Source: Bacteroidota bacterium (lineage in GTDB: Bacteria > Bacteroidota > Rhodothermia > Rhodothermales > JAHQVL01). From it: DNA of 64,000 bases. Both the position numbers and the translations under genes were made by a program. Where the stretch lies: the NCBI GenBank assembly GCA_039111535.1, contig JBCCIM010000004.1:1722-65721 (forward strand), given 5' to 3'. This document shows, in pieces, positions 36,503 through 46,590 of this stretch. Each line of letters opens with the position of its first letter. Position 1 is the first letter of the stretch. A model generated the notes under the pieces. The model was not told the DNA's origin and ran no database searches. It saw only the letters and a list, made by a program, of their open reading frames with translations.

Positions 36503-38209
36503 ATGGATTTGTCAGATACCTCTTTTGTAGTTGTAGACACCGAGACGACGGGTGTGCGGCCGGCTACCGAGCGTATTATCGAAATTGCTGCCGTGCGGGT
36601 TGTCGGCGGGGAAGTGGTGGATACCTACAGCCAACTCATCAACCCGGATCGCATCATTCCGGGTCGGATTACCCAGATTACCGGGATCTCCAACAGCATG
36701 GTTTACGAGCAACCCTTTGCCGATCGGGTGCTGCCAGAATTCCTGGACTTTCTTGGTGATGATGTCTTTGTTGCCCACAACCTGGGCTTCGACCTTGGGT
36801 TCATAAACGCTGAATTGGCCCGGCTAGACCTGCCCGGCCTCGCCAATCCCTCCCTATGCACGCTTCGTCTTGCGCGCCGGCTATTGCGAGGGCTTCGGTC
36901 AAAAGGACTCACCGCCGTTGCTGCTTTTTATGGGATCAAAATTAAAGGCCGGCACCGGGCCCTCGGAGATGCCACGGCCACGGCAACCATTCTCGGCCAT
37001 TTCCTCCAGAAGGTGCAGTACGAAAACGAAGTTGAAAACCTCGACGACCTGCTGCGTTTTCAGTACGCAACGTATGTGGGCAAAACAGGCACGAAGAAGA
37101 ACCTGATCCACATCAAACAAAATGTACTGCCCGAATTGCCGCGCGACCCCGGCGTCTATTTTATGCGCGATGGCCGCAACAAGATCATCTACGTGGGCAA
37201 AGCCAAAAACCTGCGTAGCCGGGTCAAGAGTTATTTCAACGCCATCGAAGGCCATGAAACCAAAACCCGCAACCTTGTTGACCGTGTTGCCAATATCACC
37301 TGGGAGACGTTCGATACAGAGTTGCAGGCCCTGCTCGAAGAGTCTCGGCTGATTAAAGAATTGAAGCCCCGTTTTAACAAGGCCCAAAAGTTTTACCGCA
37401 ACCGGCCTTTTATCAAGGTATCCGTAAACGAACTTTTCCCGCGCGCATCTCTGCATACCTACCTCGTTGATGATGGGGCGGACTACTTTGGTCCGGTTGC
37501 CACGCGCCGGCAAGGGGAACTGCTGCTCGACCTGATCAACAGGTTTTTTCTACTGCGCGAATGTGACGACACCACCTTTAATCGACGTACAACCTGCTTG
37601 TATCAGGATCTGAAACGGTGCAAGGCCCCTTGTGAGCGAAGCAACAAAAATGACTGGTATGACGATGAGGTTGAGCGGGTTAAACGGTTCCTTCGAGGAG
37701 AAGATGGGGACGTGATACTCGAACACCTCGATGAGGCCATGCGGGCGGCATCCATCGCGATGGACTATGAGCAGGCGGCGCTGTACCGGGATCACAGGGA
37801 TCTTGTGTCGTTGCTGCTGGAAAAACAAAGCTACATCGCTTCGCCGGTGTTAGAACACAACGCCATTGTTGTGGACAATTCTATTCATGATAGTCATGTG
37901 CGCTTGCTGTTTGTGTGTCGCGGTCGGCTGGTTGAGACCTTGAAATGGGCACTGCCACTGGCCGATGACAGGGAAGCAATCTTGCGCGAACGGATTGCAA
38001 CGCATTTCATCATCGAGACCAATCCAGACGAAGAGGCGCCTGAACCCACGCGCTACTTTAAAGCCGAGATTGAAGAAATAAGATTGTTGGCGCACTGGCT
38101 TTATGTTAACCGGGAGGCAAGCCAGAAAATTGATTGGCAACAGGATACCACCGAGGCAGAAATGGTTGGTCAAGTCATGTCTTTTTTGCAGGATATCCCT
38201 GTTGGGTAG
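36503..38209 (+). CDS. DEDD (DnaQ/epsilon-like) 3'-5' exonuclease fused to GIY-YIG (UvrC/Cho-like) nuclease domain
   Basis: Exo motifs are VVVDTETTG, VAHNLGFDLGF and HRALGDATATA. These are followed by the GIY-YIG motif GVYFMRDGRNKIIYVGKAKNLRSRVKSYF and the UvrC-like segment E...LLEESRLIKELKPRFN. Confidence 0.85.
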   Translation: MDLSDTSFVVVDTETTGVRPATERIIEIAAVRVVGGEVVDTYSQLINPDRIIPGRITQITGISNSMVYEQPFADRVLPEFLDFLGDDVFVAHNLGFDLGFINAELARLDLPGLANPSLCTLRLARRLLRGLRSKGLTAVAAFYGIKIKGRHRALGDATATATILGHFLQKVQYENEVENLDDLLRFQYATYVGKTGTKKNLIHIKQNVLPELPRDPGVYFMRDGRNKIIYVGKAKNLRSRVKSYFNAIEGHETKTRNLVDRVANITWETFDTELQALLEESRLIKELKPRFNKAQKFYRNRPFIKVSVNELFPRASLHTYLVDDGADYFGPVATRRQGELLLDLINRFFLLRECDDTTFNRRTTCLYQDLKRCKAPCERSNKNDWYDDEVERVKRFLRGEDGDVILEHLDEAMRAASIAMDYEQAALYRDHRDLVSLLLEKQSYIASPVLEHNAIVVDNSIHDSHVRLLFVCRGRLVETLKWALPLADDREAILRERIATHFIIETNPDEEAPEPTRYFKAEIEEIRLLAHWLYVNREASQKIDWQQDTTEAEMVGQVMSFLQDIPVG

Positions 38210-38450
38210 TACGGGACAAAAAGGAGCTGTTAGACTGGTTTTTAGTACGATAATTCTGCGCCAAATTGGCATTCACGGTAGTTTTGGATTAATATAACCT
38301 AAACAGACTGCGTACCCATTGCCCTCCGGGTAGCTGCGTTTTACGTGATTTTACGTCGCCCATTCGCCGCATTCTGTCGCCTTAAAGTTGCAATAGCCCA
38401 CATCTCCGACAGGACCCACCTTTTCCTGCCATAAAACTTAAGGCTTAAAC

Positions 38451-39077
38451 ATGAACAAGTATGTAACAGAGTTTATCGGAACGTTTTTTCTCGTGCTTAC
38501 CATCGGATTGTGTGTAACCCAGGAGGTGGCTATGGCCCCGCTTGCCATTGGGTGTTCACTTATGATTATGGTATACATGGGAGGCCACGTCTCCGGTGCC
38601 CATTATAATCCCGCTGTGACGCTGGCTGTGTGGATGCGCGGCTCACTTTCCTCCAAAGAAGTTGCGCCTTACATGATCTCACAGATCCTTGGTGCTATTG
38701 TAGCGAGCTTGGCGGTCAATGGTATCCTTGGTCAGACTTTTGCGCCGGCTCCTTCAGCAGCGGCTGGCCCTGCGATAACAGTCGAAATTCTGTTTACCTT
38801 TGCCCTGGCGCTTGTTGTATTGAATACAGCAACTGCCAAGGCTACCGAGAATAACTCTTTTTATGGCCTCGCGATCGGCTTTACCGTCGTTGTTGCTGCG
38901 TTTTCAGGAGGGGGTATCTCTGGCGGTGCATTTAACCCGGCAGTTGGTATTGGACCAACAATTATTGATGCAACGATGGGTAACGGGACCTTCAATAACC
39001 TTTGGTTGTATCTCGTAGGGCCCCTTGTTGGTGGCGCGCTTGCTGCCATCGTATTCAAATTTCAGGATAACGATTAA
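38451..39077 (+). CDS. MIP/aquaporin family channel
   Basis: Two NPA boxes (SGAHYNPAVTLA and GGAFNPAVGIG). Six hydrophobic segments. Confidence 0.9.
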   Translation: MNKYVTEFIGTFFLVLTIGLCVTQEVAMAPLAIGCSLMIMVYMGGHVSGAHYNPAVTLAVWMRGSLSSKEVAPYMISQILGAIVASLAVNGILGQTFAPAPSAAAGPAITVEILFTFALALVVLNTATAKATENNSFYGLAIGFTVVVAAFSGGGISGGAFNPAVGIGPTIIDATMGNGTFNNLWLYLVGPLVGGALAAIVFKFQDND

Positions 39078-39114
39078 ATCTACAGATTTAGTCCGATAAC
39101 CTGTATAACATTTA

Positions 39115-39159
39115 CCGAAACCCCTCGGATAACGCATTCGATGGGGTTTCGGATTTTTT
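39115..39159 (+). terminator. rho-independent terminator after the aquaporin gene
   Basis: CCGAAACCCCtCG gataacgcatt CGatGGGGTTTCGG followed by ATTTTTTCC. Confidence 0.85.
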
Positions 39160-39175
39160 CCAGGCTAGAGAAGCG

Positions 39176-40861
39176 ATGAAGAGATTCCATGTAATCCAGG
39201 TACTTTGGGTAGTTTTACTGCTGGCTGGTTGTTCTGCGGGTACACAAGTCACAACACCAGCAACGGTGCCGGCCAATCCGCCGCCTTCTATGCCTGCGGC
39301 TGAAGCCGAAGAGGTCGATGCAGAAGAGGCTTCTGAGGAAGAACGGCTCAACCACTGGATGCATCTCACAGGAGATGATGGCGCCTACGTAGGTGTTGGC
39401 ACGCGTCGCGCGTATACCGCCCTGTTGAAAGACCGCACACCAAAGCAAACGGTCATTGTGGCGGTTATCGACTCTGGGGTTGACATCCATCACGAAGATA
39501 TCAATGTGTGGACGAATACCGATGAAGTTGCCGGCAACGGCGTAGACGACGACAAAAATGGCTATGTAGATGATACCCATGGCTGGAATTTCATCGGCGG
39601 TGCTTCGGGAGAAAACGTGTATTACGACACCTTTGAAGTGACCCGCGAATACGCGCGGCTGAAAGGGCAATACGAAAGCGTAAATCCTGAAACACTTGAC
39701 GAAGCCGGCCGCGCTGAACTGGCCTACTTCGAAGAAATCCGGGTTGCCTTTAATGATGAAGTGCGGCAAATGACGGAAATCTACAACAACATAAATGCAG
39801 CTGCGGGCATGCTGGATGCTGCAAACGGCATCATGGGTGATTTCCTCGGTAACGCTGACTTTACCATCGAAGAGGTGAAGAAAGTATCCTCTGCAAGGGA
39901 AGACGTAAAGCAGGCAAAATCGATCCTCGAATACTTTGATCAAATCGATCTCTCGCAATCACAGCTTCTTGATGAAAAAGCCACCTTTGAAGGCTACCTG
40001 CAGAAAGGGTTGAACCCGGATTTCGATCCCCGATCTATCGTTGGTGATACCTATAACGACAGCGAAGAACAGTATTACGGCAACAATGATGTGATAGGCC
40101 CGGATGCGTTCCATGGCACACACGTGGCCGGCATCATCGGGGCCAAACGTGGGAATATGCTGGGCATTGACGGTGTCGCTGATGCTGTCGAAATTATGGC
40201 TGTTCGGGCTGTGCCTAAAGGTGATGAGCGCGATAAAGATATCGCGAATGCCATTCGCTATGCAGTAGACAACGGTGCGCACGTTATCAACATGAGTTTT
40301 GGCAAAGGCTTCTCACCGCAAAAAGAAGTGGTTGACGCGGCCATTGCGTATGCTGCTGCCAATGATGTTTTGATGATACACGCAGCCGGCAACGATGGGG
40401 AGAGCAACGACAGCACCATGAATTTTCCAACACCGATTTTGCTTGAAGAAGCCGGCGAAGTTGATCCATGGATTGAAGTTGGCGCTTCTTCCTGGGAGGG
40501 ACCGCAGAAACTGGCCGCCAGCTTCTCTAACTTTGGTAAGCAGAATGTAGATGTATTTGCTCCCGGCGTCGACATCTATTCAACGACGCCGGGTAACAAG
40601 TACAAGCACTCGGATGGTACCAGCATGGCCTCGCCCGTAGTTGCCGGCCTTGCGGCCCTCATTATGGCTTATTACCCCGATTTTTCGGCCAATGAGGTGA
40701 AAGAAATCTTGCTCTCGTCAGCCGCCTCCTACGCAGACCAGATGGTCACCCAACCCGGCACAGAATCAACCCAGATTGCTTTTGGGGTGCTGTCGCGTTC
40801 CGGCGGCATCGTAAACGCCTACGAAGCGCTCCGCCTTGCAGAAGAACGCGCCGGCAGATAG
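39176..40861 (+). CDS. S8 (subtilisin-like) serine peptidase, lipoprotein
   Basis: Lipobox LLLAGCSAG. Catalytic triad motifs VIDSGVD, HGTHVAGIIGA and GTSMASPVVAG. Confidence 0.92.
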   Translation: MKRFHVIQVLWVVLLLAGCSAGTQVTTPATVPANPPPSMPAAEAEEVDAEEASEEERLNHWMHLTGDDGAYVGVGTRRAYTALLKDRTPKQTVIVAVIDSGVDIHHEDINVWTNTDEVAGNGVDDDKNGYVDDTHGWNFIGGASGENVYYDTFEVTREYARLKGQYESVNPETLDEAGRAELAYFEEIRVAFNDEVRQMTEIYNNINAAAGMLDAANGIMGDFLGNADFTIEEVKKVSSAREDVKQAKSILEYFDQIDLSQSQLLDEKATFEGYLQKGLNPDFDPRSIVGDTYNDSEEQYYGNNDVIGPDAFHGTHVAGIIGAKRGNMLGIDGVADAVEIMAVRAVPKGDERDKDIANAIRYAVDNGAHVINMSFGKGFSPQKEVVDAAIAYAAANDVLMIHAAGNDGESNDSTMNFPTPILLEEAGEVDPWIEVGASSWEGPQKLAASFSNFGKQNVDVFAPGVDIYSTTPGNKYKHSDGTSMASPVVAGLAALIMAYYPDFSANEVKEILLSSAASYADQMVTQPGTESTQIAFGVLSRSGGIVNAYEALRLAEERAGR

Positions 40862-40876
40862 CGCAGCAAGCTTTCC

Positions 40877-41575
40877 TTACCGTATCATGTGATTGTAATC
40901 CTTGATAACCGTTTGCAGGAATGCGATAGGAGAGAGTGGGGAATCTGCTTCCAGCTTCTTCAACAACGTAGCCTTCATCTTTTCGCCAATTGGGCCGGCA
41001 TTGCCTCCCTGCTGTAGCGTGTCGAGCACTTCTTTTGCCAGCGTAATTTCTGCTTCACTGAGCAGGCTTGCGTTGTCGAATGTGGGTGAGTAGTCTGTGT
41101 CAAGTTTGGTGTAGATGGTATCTTGCAACCCAACGGATCTTGAGATTTTAACAACGGCCGTGTTGGCCGCCATATCGCCGATCCGCTGGCCTTTGCCCCG
41201 CACAATGACTGTGACGAGAGCCACAAGCCCTAGTGTCATTTCAACTTCAATGAGTCGAAATAGCCACCTGATTATATAGTCTCCTACGTGCGGTGCAGTA
41301 CCATCCAGGCGGGTAACTTTGATCCCGCGCAATTTTTTTCCTATTGTTTGACCGTTAAAGAGAATTTCTGAAAGGACAAAGTAGAGAAAGTAGGGGATTA
41401 AAATGACGATGGTCGTAGCAGTGGACTGGACGGCCTGGGTTGCAAGCGTCATACTTATCAAGTAAGAAATAAGAATGCATAAGTCGATGATTGCAGCAAT
41501 AGCTCGATCCCCGACGCCGGCAGCCTCATAATCTATATAGACATTCTGTGCGGTTGTTATCTTAACCCGGTCCAT
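40877..41575 (-). CDS. RDD-family membrane protein
   Basis: AGVGDRAIAAIIDLCILISY plus three TM segments and RLDGT...YIIRWLFRLIE, the pattern typical of RDD proteins. Confidence 0.75.
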   Translation of the reverse strand: MDRVKITTAQNVYIDYEAAGVGDRAIAAIIDLCILISYLISMTLATQAVQSTATTIVILIPYFLYFVLSEILFNGQTIGKKLRGIKVTRLDGTAPHVGDYIIRWLFRLIEVEMTLGLVALVTVIVRGKGQRIGDMAANTAVVKISRSVGLQDTIYTKLDTDYSPTFDNASLLSEAEITLAKEVLDTLQQGGNAGPIGEKMKATLLKKLEADSPLSPIAFLQTVIKDYNHMIR

Positions 41576-41611
41576 AACTCAATCCTGTGCCTTTTGCTGG
41601 CACCCATTCAA

Positions 41612-42583
41612 ATGCGCGAATTAGCGTTCCTTCATCAGCGTGCTGAACAATGGAAAACCTTTGAGTCAGCGCTGGAAGGCAAATCTGAATATGATTCTGA
41701 TCAACTGGCAGACCTGTTTACACAGGTGCTGGAAGATCTGTCTTATGCCCAGACTTTTTACCCCGGCTCCAATACCACGTCGTATCTACAGGGCCTCGCG
41801 GCGAAAGCACACCAGGAGATCTATAAAAACAAACCCGAAAGCAAAAGCAGGCTACGCGCATTCTGGTTGGATGAACTACCAGGTATCATGTACACGGTGC
41901 GCAAGGAACTGCTTGTCTCACTTGTGATTTTTGTTGTCGCCATTTCGATCGGCACCATTTCAGCCAGCCAGGATACCGGTTTTGTGCGGCTGATTCTCGG
42001 TGACGCGTATGTAAACAAGACCCTGGAGAACATCCAAAACAATGACCCCATGGGCATCTATAAAAGCATGCAACCGGTCGACATGTTTCTTGCAATTACC
42101 TTTAACAACGTACGGGTATCGTTCATCGCGTTTGCCGCCGGCATGTTGTTTTCAGTGGGTACAGGCTACGTATTGTTCTCAAACGGCGTAATGCTTGGGG
42201 CTTTTCAGTACATGTTTTATGAACGGGGCTTGCTGGGTGAAGCCCTGCTTGTGGTCTATATCCATGGCACGTTGGAGATATGCGCAATCATCATTGCGGG
42301 TTGTGCCGGCATTGTGATGGGCAATGGACTCCTGTTTCCCGGCACGTACCCCAGGATTACATCGTTCATAGAGGCCGCCCGCAAAGGAGCCAAAATTGTA
42401 ATTGGTCTCGTCCCTGTATTTATCGTTGCAGGATTCCTCGAAGGTTTTGTGACGCGCCAGACCGACATGCCGATCTACTTGAGCCTTTTCATTATCATAA
42501 GTTCTCTTGTATTCATTCTCTGGTACTTCATCTTGTACCCAATCCAACGATACAAGGCTACATCAAAACCCAACGCCGCATGA
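41612..42583 (+). CDS. SpoIIM-like (PF01944/DUF95) membrane protein
   Basis: NNVRVSFIAFAAGMLFSVGTGYVLFSNGVMLGAF...IHGTLEICAIIIAG core. The ATG at 41612 was chosen as the start. Confidence 0.75.
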   Translation: MRELAFLHQRAEQWKTFESALEGKSEYDSDQLADLFTQVLEDLSYAQTFYPGSNTTSYLQGLAAKAHQEIYKNKPESKSRLRAFWLDELPGIMYTVRKELLVSLVIFVVAISIGTISASQDTGFVRLILGDAYVNKTLENIQNNDPMGIYKSMQPVDMFLAITFNNVRVSFIAFAAGMLFSVGTGYVLFSNGVMLGAFQYMFYERGLLGEALLVVYIHGTLEICAIIIAGCAGIVMGNGLLFPGTYPRITSFIEAARKGAKIVIGLVPVFIVAGFLEGFVTRQTDMPIYLSLFIIISSLVFILWYFILYPIQRYKATSKPNAA

Positions 42584-43545
42584 GTATGCTTGAACAAATA
42601 GAATTCCGGAAACAGCGGGATTTTGGCGATGTAATCAACGTTACGTTCCAGTTTTTGCGTCAGAATTTTTCTCTGTTAAGCAAGAGCCTGCTTTTTATAG
42701 TGGGTCCGGTTGCGCTACTTGGTGGGCTGAGTGGTGTCGGGTACATCGATTCGTTGCCCACTGTACTGGACGATTCAGAGGCGGTACCGGATGCGCTGAG
42801 CATGGGCCTCTTTGGGTTGTATTACATGTTACTCATCGTCATGGGCTTGCTGGCAAGTGTCCTTGCGGTGACGGTAGTGAGCAGTTTCATGTTTCTGTAC
42901 CAGGCGCGCGGTGCCGGCGGTTTTGATTTTGAAGATGTTTGGGCAAAAGTCAAAGAGCGCCTGTGGGATATGGCAAAAACAACGATGCTGGCTGTTGTGT
43001 TGTACATGTCGAGTTTTGTTTTCATGCTTGCTCCAATGATGATTATTGCGCTGAGTACTTCATCTGGCGCCATGATGTTGGCCGCAGTTGCGACGTTCAT
43101 TGGTATCATCATATGTATTGCAATCTTTTTCTATTTCGTCGTGGTGATTGCCTTGTTGTATCCTGTTCGTATGTTCGAATCTTCCTCAACAGGGGTGACG
43201 TTTTCGCGCAGTCGCTTTTTGCTGAAAGACAACTATTTGAACTCTTTTGCGGTGTTAATCGTCTCGGCGATTCTGATGATGATTTTGGGAATGGTATTTA
43301 GCGCGCCCAACTATGCCTTTGCGTTTGTTGGCGGATTACACTCCCTCACAGATGGGGAGGCAGGGGTAGTTAAATACCCGTTGATGCTGTTGAGTGTATT
43401 GGGATCAATCGGGAGCAGCCTCATGTATGCGGTGCCCGTTACAGCTATGAACCTGCAGTATTTTAGCCTTGTCGAGAAAAAAGAGCAGACTGGACTCATG
43501 GGACGCATTGACGCGCTGGACAAACAGGCGGGAGATGGTGTATAG
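42580..43545 (+). CDS. polytopic membrane protein, unknown function
   Basis: The ATG at 42580 overlaps the upstream stop (ATGA). There are five to six hydrophobic segments. The longer track ORF from 42280 lies inside the previous gene. Confidence 0.65.
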   Translation: MSMLEQIEFRKQRDFGDVINVTFQFLRQNFSLLSKSLLFIVGPVALLGGLSGVGYIDSLPTVLDDSEAVPDALSMGLFGLYYMLLIVMGLLASVLAVTVVSSFMFLYQARGAGGFDFEDVWAKVKERLWDMAKTTMLAVVLYMSSFVFMLAPMMIIALSTSSGAMMLAAVATFIGIIICIAIFFYFVVVIALLYPVRMFESSSTGVTFSRSRFLLKDNYLNSFAVLIVSAILMMILGMVFSAPNYAFAFVGGLHSLTDGEAGVVKYPLMLLSVLGSIGSSLMYAVPVTAMNLQYFSLVEKKEQTGLMGRIDALDKQAGDGV

Positions 43546-44296
43546 CCGACGAACATACGTGGCTTTCCTTTTTGCACTGGCGTTCGGATTGTACCTTCCA
43601 GCCAGTTTGCCGACATACGCGTTAGCGAAGGCCAACCCATCGGACCAATCCCATGCTTCAGCCGGCCAAGCTGATTCAATTGCCGTAGCTGTTCGTCAAC
43701 CTCCGACATCGGTATTGTCAGCCTATCGCGACAATCCTGATTACGCGTATCGACAACGCACAGACCAGGCGCTTACGTTCTGGCAGAAAGTGCGGCGTAT
43801 GTTTCTGGATTGGCTAAGCAGAATATTCGATACCAACAATCAGGGCAGCATTTGGGAATACGTGATGTATGGGGTTGCAATTGGGCTGGTCCTGTTTGCT
43901 GTGCTAAGGGTCATGAAAATGGATTTCCGTGCCCTCTTTAGTCCCAGGGATGGCCCTGTGCCCGAAATTGTCGAGTTACCAGAAGAGTTACGGCAAGAGA
44001 CTAATTTTATTGCACTGGCAGAGGCCGCCACCAATGAAGGGCATTTTCGGCTAGCAGCCCGGATGTACTATATGCATGTATTGCGCGCGCTCGATGCCAA
44101 CAACATCATCGGCTGGTCACCCCGGAAAACGAATCAAGATTACCTGAAGGAATGCCGGAATTCAGATATTCATACCTCTTTTCGCCGGTTGACCTACCTC
44201 TTTGATTACGCGTGGTATGGCGACTTTCCTGTGGATCAGGCCCATATTACCGAAATGCAGGTCTTGGCACAGGACGTTGCCAAACGGGTAGGGTGA
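43535..44296 (+). CDS. DUF4129 domain protein
   Basis: Signal/TM segment VAFLFALAFGLYLPASLPTYA and a central TM segment. The C-terminal ...QDYLKECRNSDIHTSFRRLTYLFDYAWYGDFPVD resembles DUF4129. Confidence 0.65.
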   Translation: MVYSRRTYVAFLFALAFGLYLPASLPTYALAKANPSDQSHASAGQADSIAVAVRQPPTSVLSAYRDNPDYAYRQRTDQALTFWQKVRRMFLDWLSRIFDTNNQGSIWEYVMYGVAIGLVLFAVLRVMKMDFRALFSPRDGPVPEIVELPEELRQETNFIALAEAATNEGHFRLAARMYYMHVLRALDANNIIGWSPRKTNQDYLKECRNSDIHTSFRRLTYLFDYAWYGDFPVDQAHITEMQVLAQDVAKRVG

Positions 44297-44298
44297 CG

Positions 44299-45597
44299 AT
44301 GATATCGCGAAAAGATGCCAAATATCTAAGTGTCTTCCTGCTGGTGTTTGCACTTGTCGTTTGGGCCAACGCCAAAAGCACCGAAAACCCATGGGAGGTG
44401 TCCTTTCAACGGGGAGATACACGGGCATATGGCAGCAGTATCTTGTTTGATACGATGCCGTATCTATTTGAAAATAAAGAGATTAGGTCTATAAATTTTC
44501 CACCCTATACGCTGCTGGAAGATACCTCGATTGTTAACACGAATTACCTCTTCATTACAAGAAATTTCGATATAGACAAAGCAGAAGCGGACGCGCTGTT
44601 GCGGTATGTTGCCCGCGGCAATACCCTGTTTATCGCCGCTGATGTTATTCAACCACCCCTTAGTGACTTGTTGGATATTAAAACAGATGTTGAGTTTATA
44701 GAAAATGTTGAAAACCTGCAGGCGCTTGCAGAGACCAGTCTTTTTGATACGACGAGAATAAATCTAGCATACCCGGAAGTTGCCGCGCCGGGCGGATATT
44801 ATTATTCGACAGACTTGCTGTATTCGACGCTACAAAAAGTAAACCGGGAAGATTCTGCCAGTGAAGATTCTGCCAGTGAAGATTCTGCCAGTGAAGATTC
44901 AGTCGATGCACATTCGCCGGCGGTGACCCTTCCGTATGAAGTGTTGGGAAGTTATGAGGATGGGGGGTATAATTTTTTAAGAGTGGCGTATGGCGCCGGC
45001 GCTGTGCTGGTGAGTTCGGTGCCCCTGGCGTTTACCAATTTCAATATGCTGTACGAAGGCAATGATGCCTATGCGTATGCTGCCCTTTCCTATTTGCCTG
45101 ACCAGCTTACATACTGGGATGCCTACTACAAACCAGGCCGGCCCTCGCAGCAAACGCCCCTACGCTATGTGTTGTCATCAGAAGCTTTGCGGATGGCGTA
45201 TTACCTCGGCATATTTGGGTTGCTTTTTTTCATGGCTTCCAATGCACGGCGCCGGCAGCGGGTTATGCCAATTGTAGTGCCAAAAGAAAATCGAACGTTG
45301 GAATTTGCTACCACGGTGGGGCGGTTGTATTTCAACGAAGGGGACCACACGAACCTGGCGCAAAAGCAACTGGAGCAATTCAAACATTTTATGCACAGTA
45401 CACTGCATTTGCCCAATCGGCCATTGACTGAAGTAGAGACTTCAATAATCGCAGCCCGAACCGGCGTGCCCGCAGTGCAGGTAGACACGCTGTTTACGCA
45501 TTTGCTCGCAGTAGAACAAGGAAAGCAGGTCGATGCGGCAGGGTTAAGTGCGCTGGCCAATGAACTGGATCAATTTTATAAAGCAAGTACCCGGTAA
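44299..45597 (+). CDS. DUF4350-like protein with internal (EDSAS)n repeat
   Basis: N-terminal TM segment YLSVFLLVFALVVWA, GNTLFIAADV segment and a late TM segment YYLGIFGLLFFMA. Its position upstream of MoxR/DUF58 is as in known clusters. Confidence 0.6.
   Translation: MISRKDAKYLSVFLLVFALVVWANAKSTENPWEVSFQRGDTRAYGSSILFDTMPYLFENKEIRSINFPPYTLLEDTSIVNTNYLFITRNFDIDKAEADALLRYVARGNTLFIAADVIQPPLSDLLDIKTDVEFIENVENLQALAETSLFDTTRINLAYPEVAAPGGYYYSTDLLYSTLQKVNREDSASEDSASEDSASEDSVDAHSPAVTLPYEVLGSYEDGGYNFLRVAYGAGAVLVSSVPLAFTNFNMLYEGNDAYAYAALSYLPDQLTYWDAYYKPGRPSQQTPLRYVLSSEALRMAYYLGIFGLLFFMASNARRRQRVMPIVVPKENRTLEFATTVGRLYFNEGDHTNLAQKQLEQFKHFMHSTLHLPNRPLTEVETSIIAARTGVPAVQVDTLFTHLLAVEQGKQVDAAGLSALANELDQFYKASTR
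44848..44901 (+). repeat. 15-bp in-frame tandem repeat GAAGATTCTGCCAGT x3 plus a partial copy
   Basis: Read directly. It encodes EDSASEDSASEDSASEDS. Confidence 0.95.
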
Positions 45598-45609
45598 CAA
45601 CTGAATATT

Positions 45610-46590
45610 ATGCAAGAAGAGCGAAGATTTGAGAACCGTGTTGCATTGGATGAAATACGATCCGCGGTCGAAAAGGTGCGACTGGAAGTGCAAAAGATCA
45701 TGGTTGGACAGCATGCACTGATTGATGCTTTGCTTGCAGCTGTGTTGGCAAACGGACATGTGCTGATTGAGGGTGTCCCCGGCGTTGCTAAAACGCTTGC
45801 TGCCAAACTGTTGGCCCGCACCCTGGATGTGGGCTTTGCGCGCATACAGTTTACCCCCGACCTGATGCCTTCAGACATTCTCGGGACAGCAATTTTTAAC
45901 CCCAAAACCACAGCTTTTGAGTTCAAGGCCGGCCCCATTTTTTCGAACATGATATTGATTGACGAAGTGAACCGCGCGCCGGCAAAAACGCAATCTGCCA
46001 TGTTTGAGGTGATGGAGGAGCGGCAGGTGACCATGGATGGGGTAACCCATAAAATGAAGCAGCCCTTTCTGGTATTTGCAACGCAAAACCCGATTGAGCA
46101 TGAGGGGACATACCGGCTGCCTGAAGCGCAACTGGATCGCTTCCTGTTTAAGCTCAACGTTGGATATCCGTCGATGGACGAAGAAGCGCAAATGCTGGCC
46201 GGGCACCATGCCGGCCGTACGGGGCAAGATCTGAGCAACGTAAAGCCTGTTGTGTCAGCGTCCCAGTTGGTCGCATTTCAGCAAACTGTGCGGTCTTTGC
46301 ACATTGAACCACGCTTGCTTCGCTACATCACCGAGGTGGTACAGGCCACACGCAACCATGAAGCCTTGTATCTGGGCGCGTCACCTCGCGCTTCGCTTGC
46401 CATGATGGGGGCTGCAAAAGCATTTGCTGCGATGGGAGGGCGTGATTTTGTGACGCCAGAGGATGTTCAGCAAACAGCAGTACCGGTGCTGCAGCACCGT
46501 ATTATGCTTACGCCGGATCAGGAAATGGAAGGCGCTACGCCGGCGCAGGTTGTTGAACGGTTGATCAGTAAAATCGAAGTGCCTCGATGA
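45610..46590 (+). CDS. MoxR-family AAA+ ATPase
   Basis: Walker A GVPGVAKT, Walker B ILIDEVNRAPAKTQSAM, ATQNPIEHEGTYRLPEAQLDRF. Confidence 0.95.
   Translation: MQEERRFENRVALDEIRSAVEKVRLEVQKIMVGQHALIDALLAAVLANGHVLIEGVPGVAKTLAAKLLARTLDVGFARIQFTPDLMPSDILGTAIFNPKTTAFEFKAGPIFSNMILIDEVNRAPAKTQSAMFEVMEERQVTMDGVTHKMKQPFLVFATQNPIEHEGTYRLPEAQLDRFLFKLNVGYPSMDEEAQMLAGHHAGRTGQDLSNVKPVVSASQLVAFQQTVRSLHIEPRLLRYITEVVQATRNHEALYLGASPRASLAMMGAAKAFAAMGGRDFVTPEDVQQTAVPVLQHRIMLTPDQEMEGATPAQVVERLISKIEVPR

Noticed and set aside
39215-39958. Long antisense ORFs inside the S8 protease (247 aa), MoxR (220 aa, 45576-46238) and the kinase (207 aa, 13601-14224)
   Set aside because: Each lies opposite a CDS with unambiguous catalytic motifs. 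None has a motif of its own.
42280-42579. 100-aa upstream extension of the 42280-43545 ORF
   Set aside because: It lies entirely inside the SpoIIM-like gene in another frame. The ATG at 42580 overlaps that gene's stop as ATGA, which is typical coupling.
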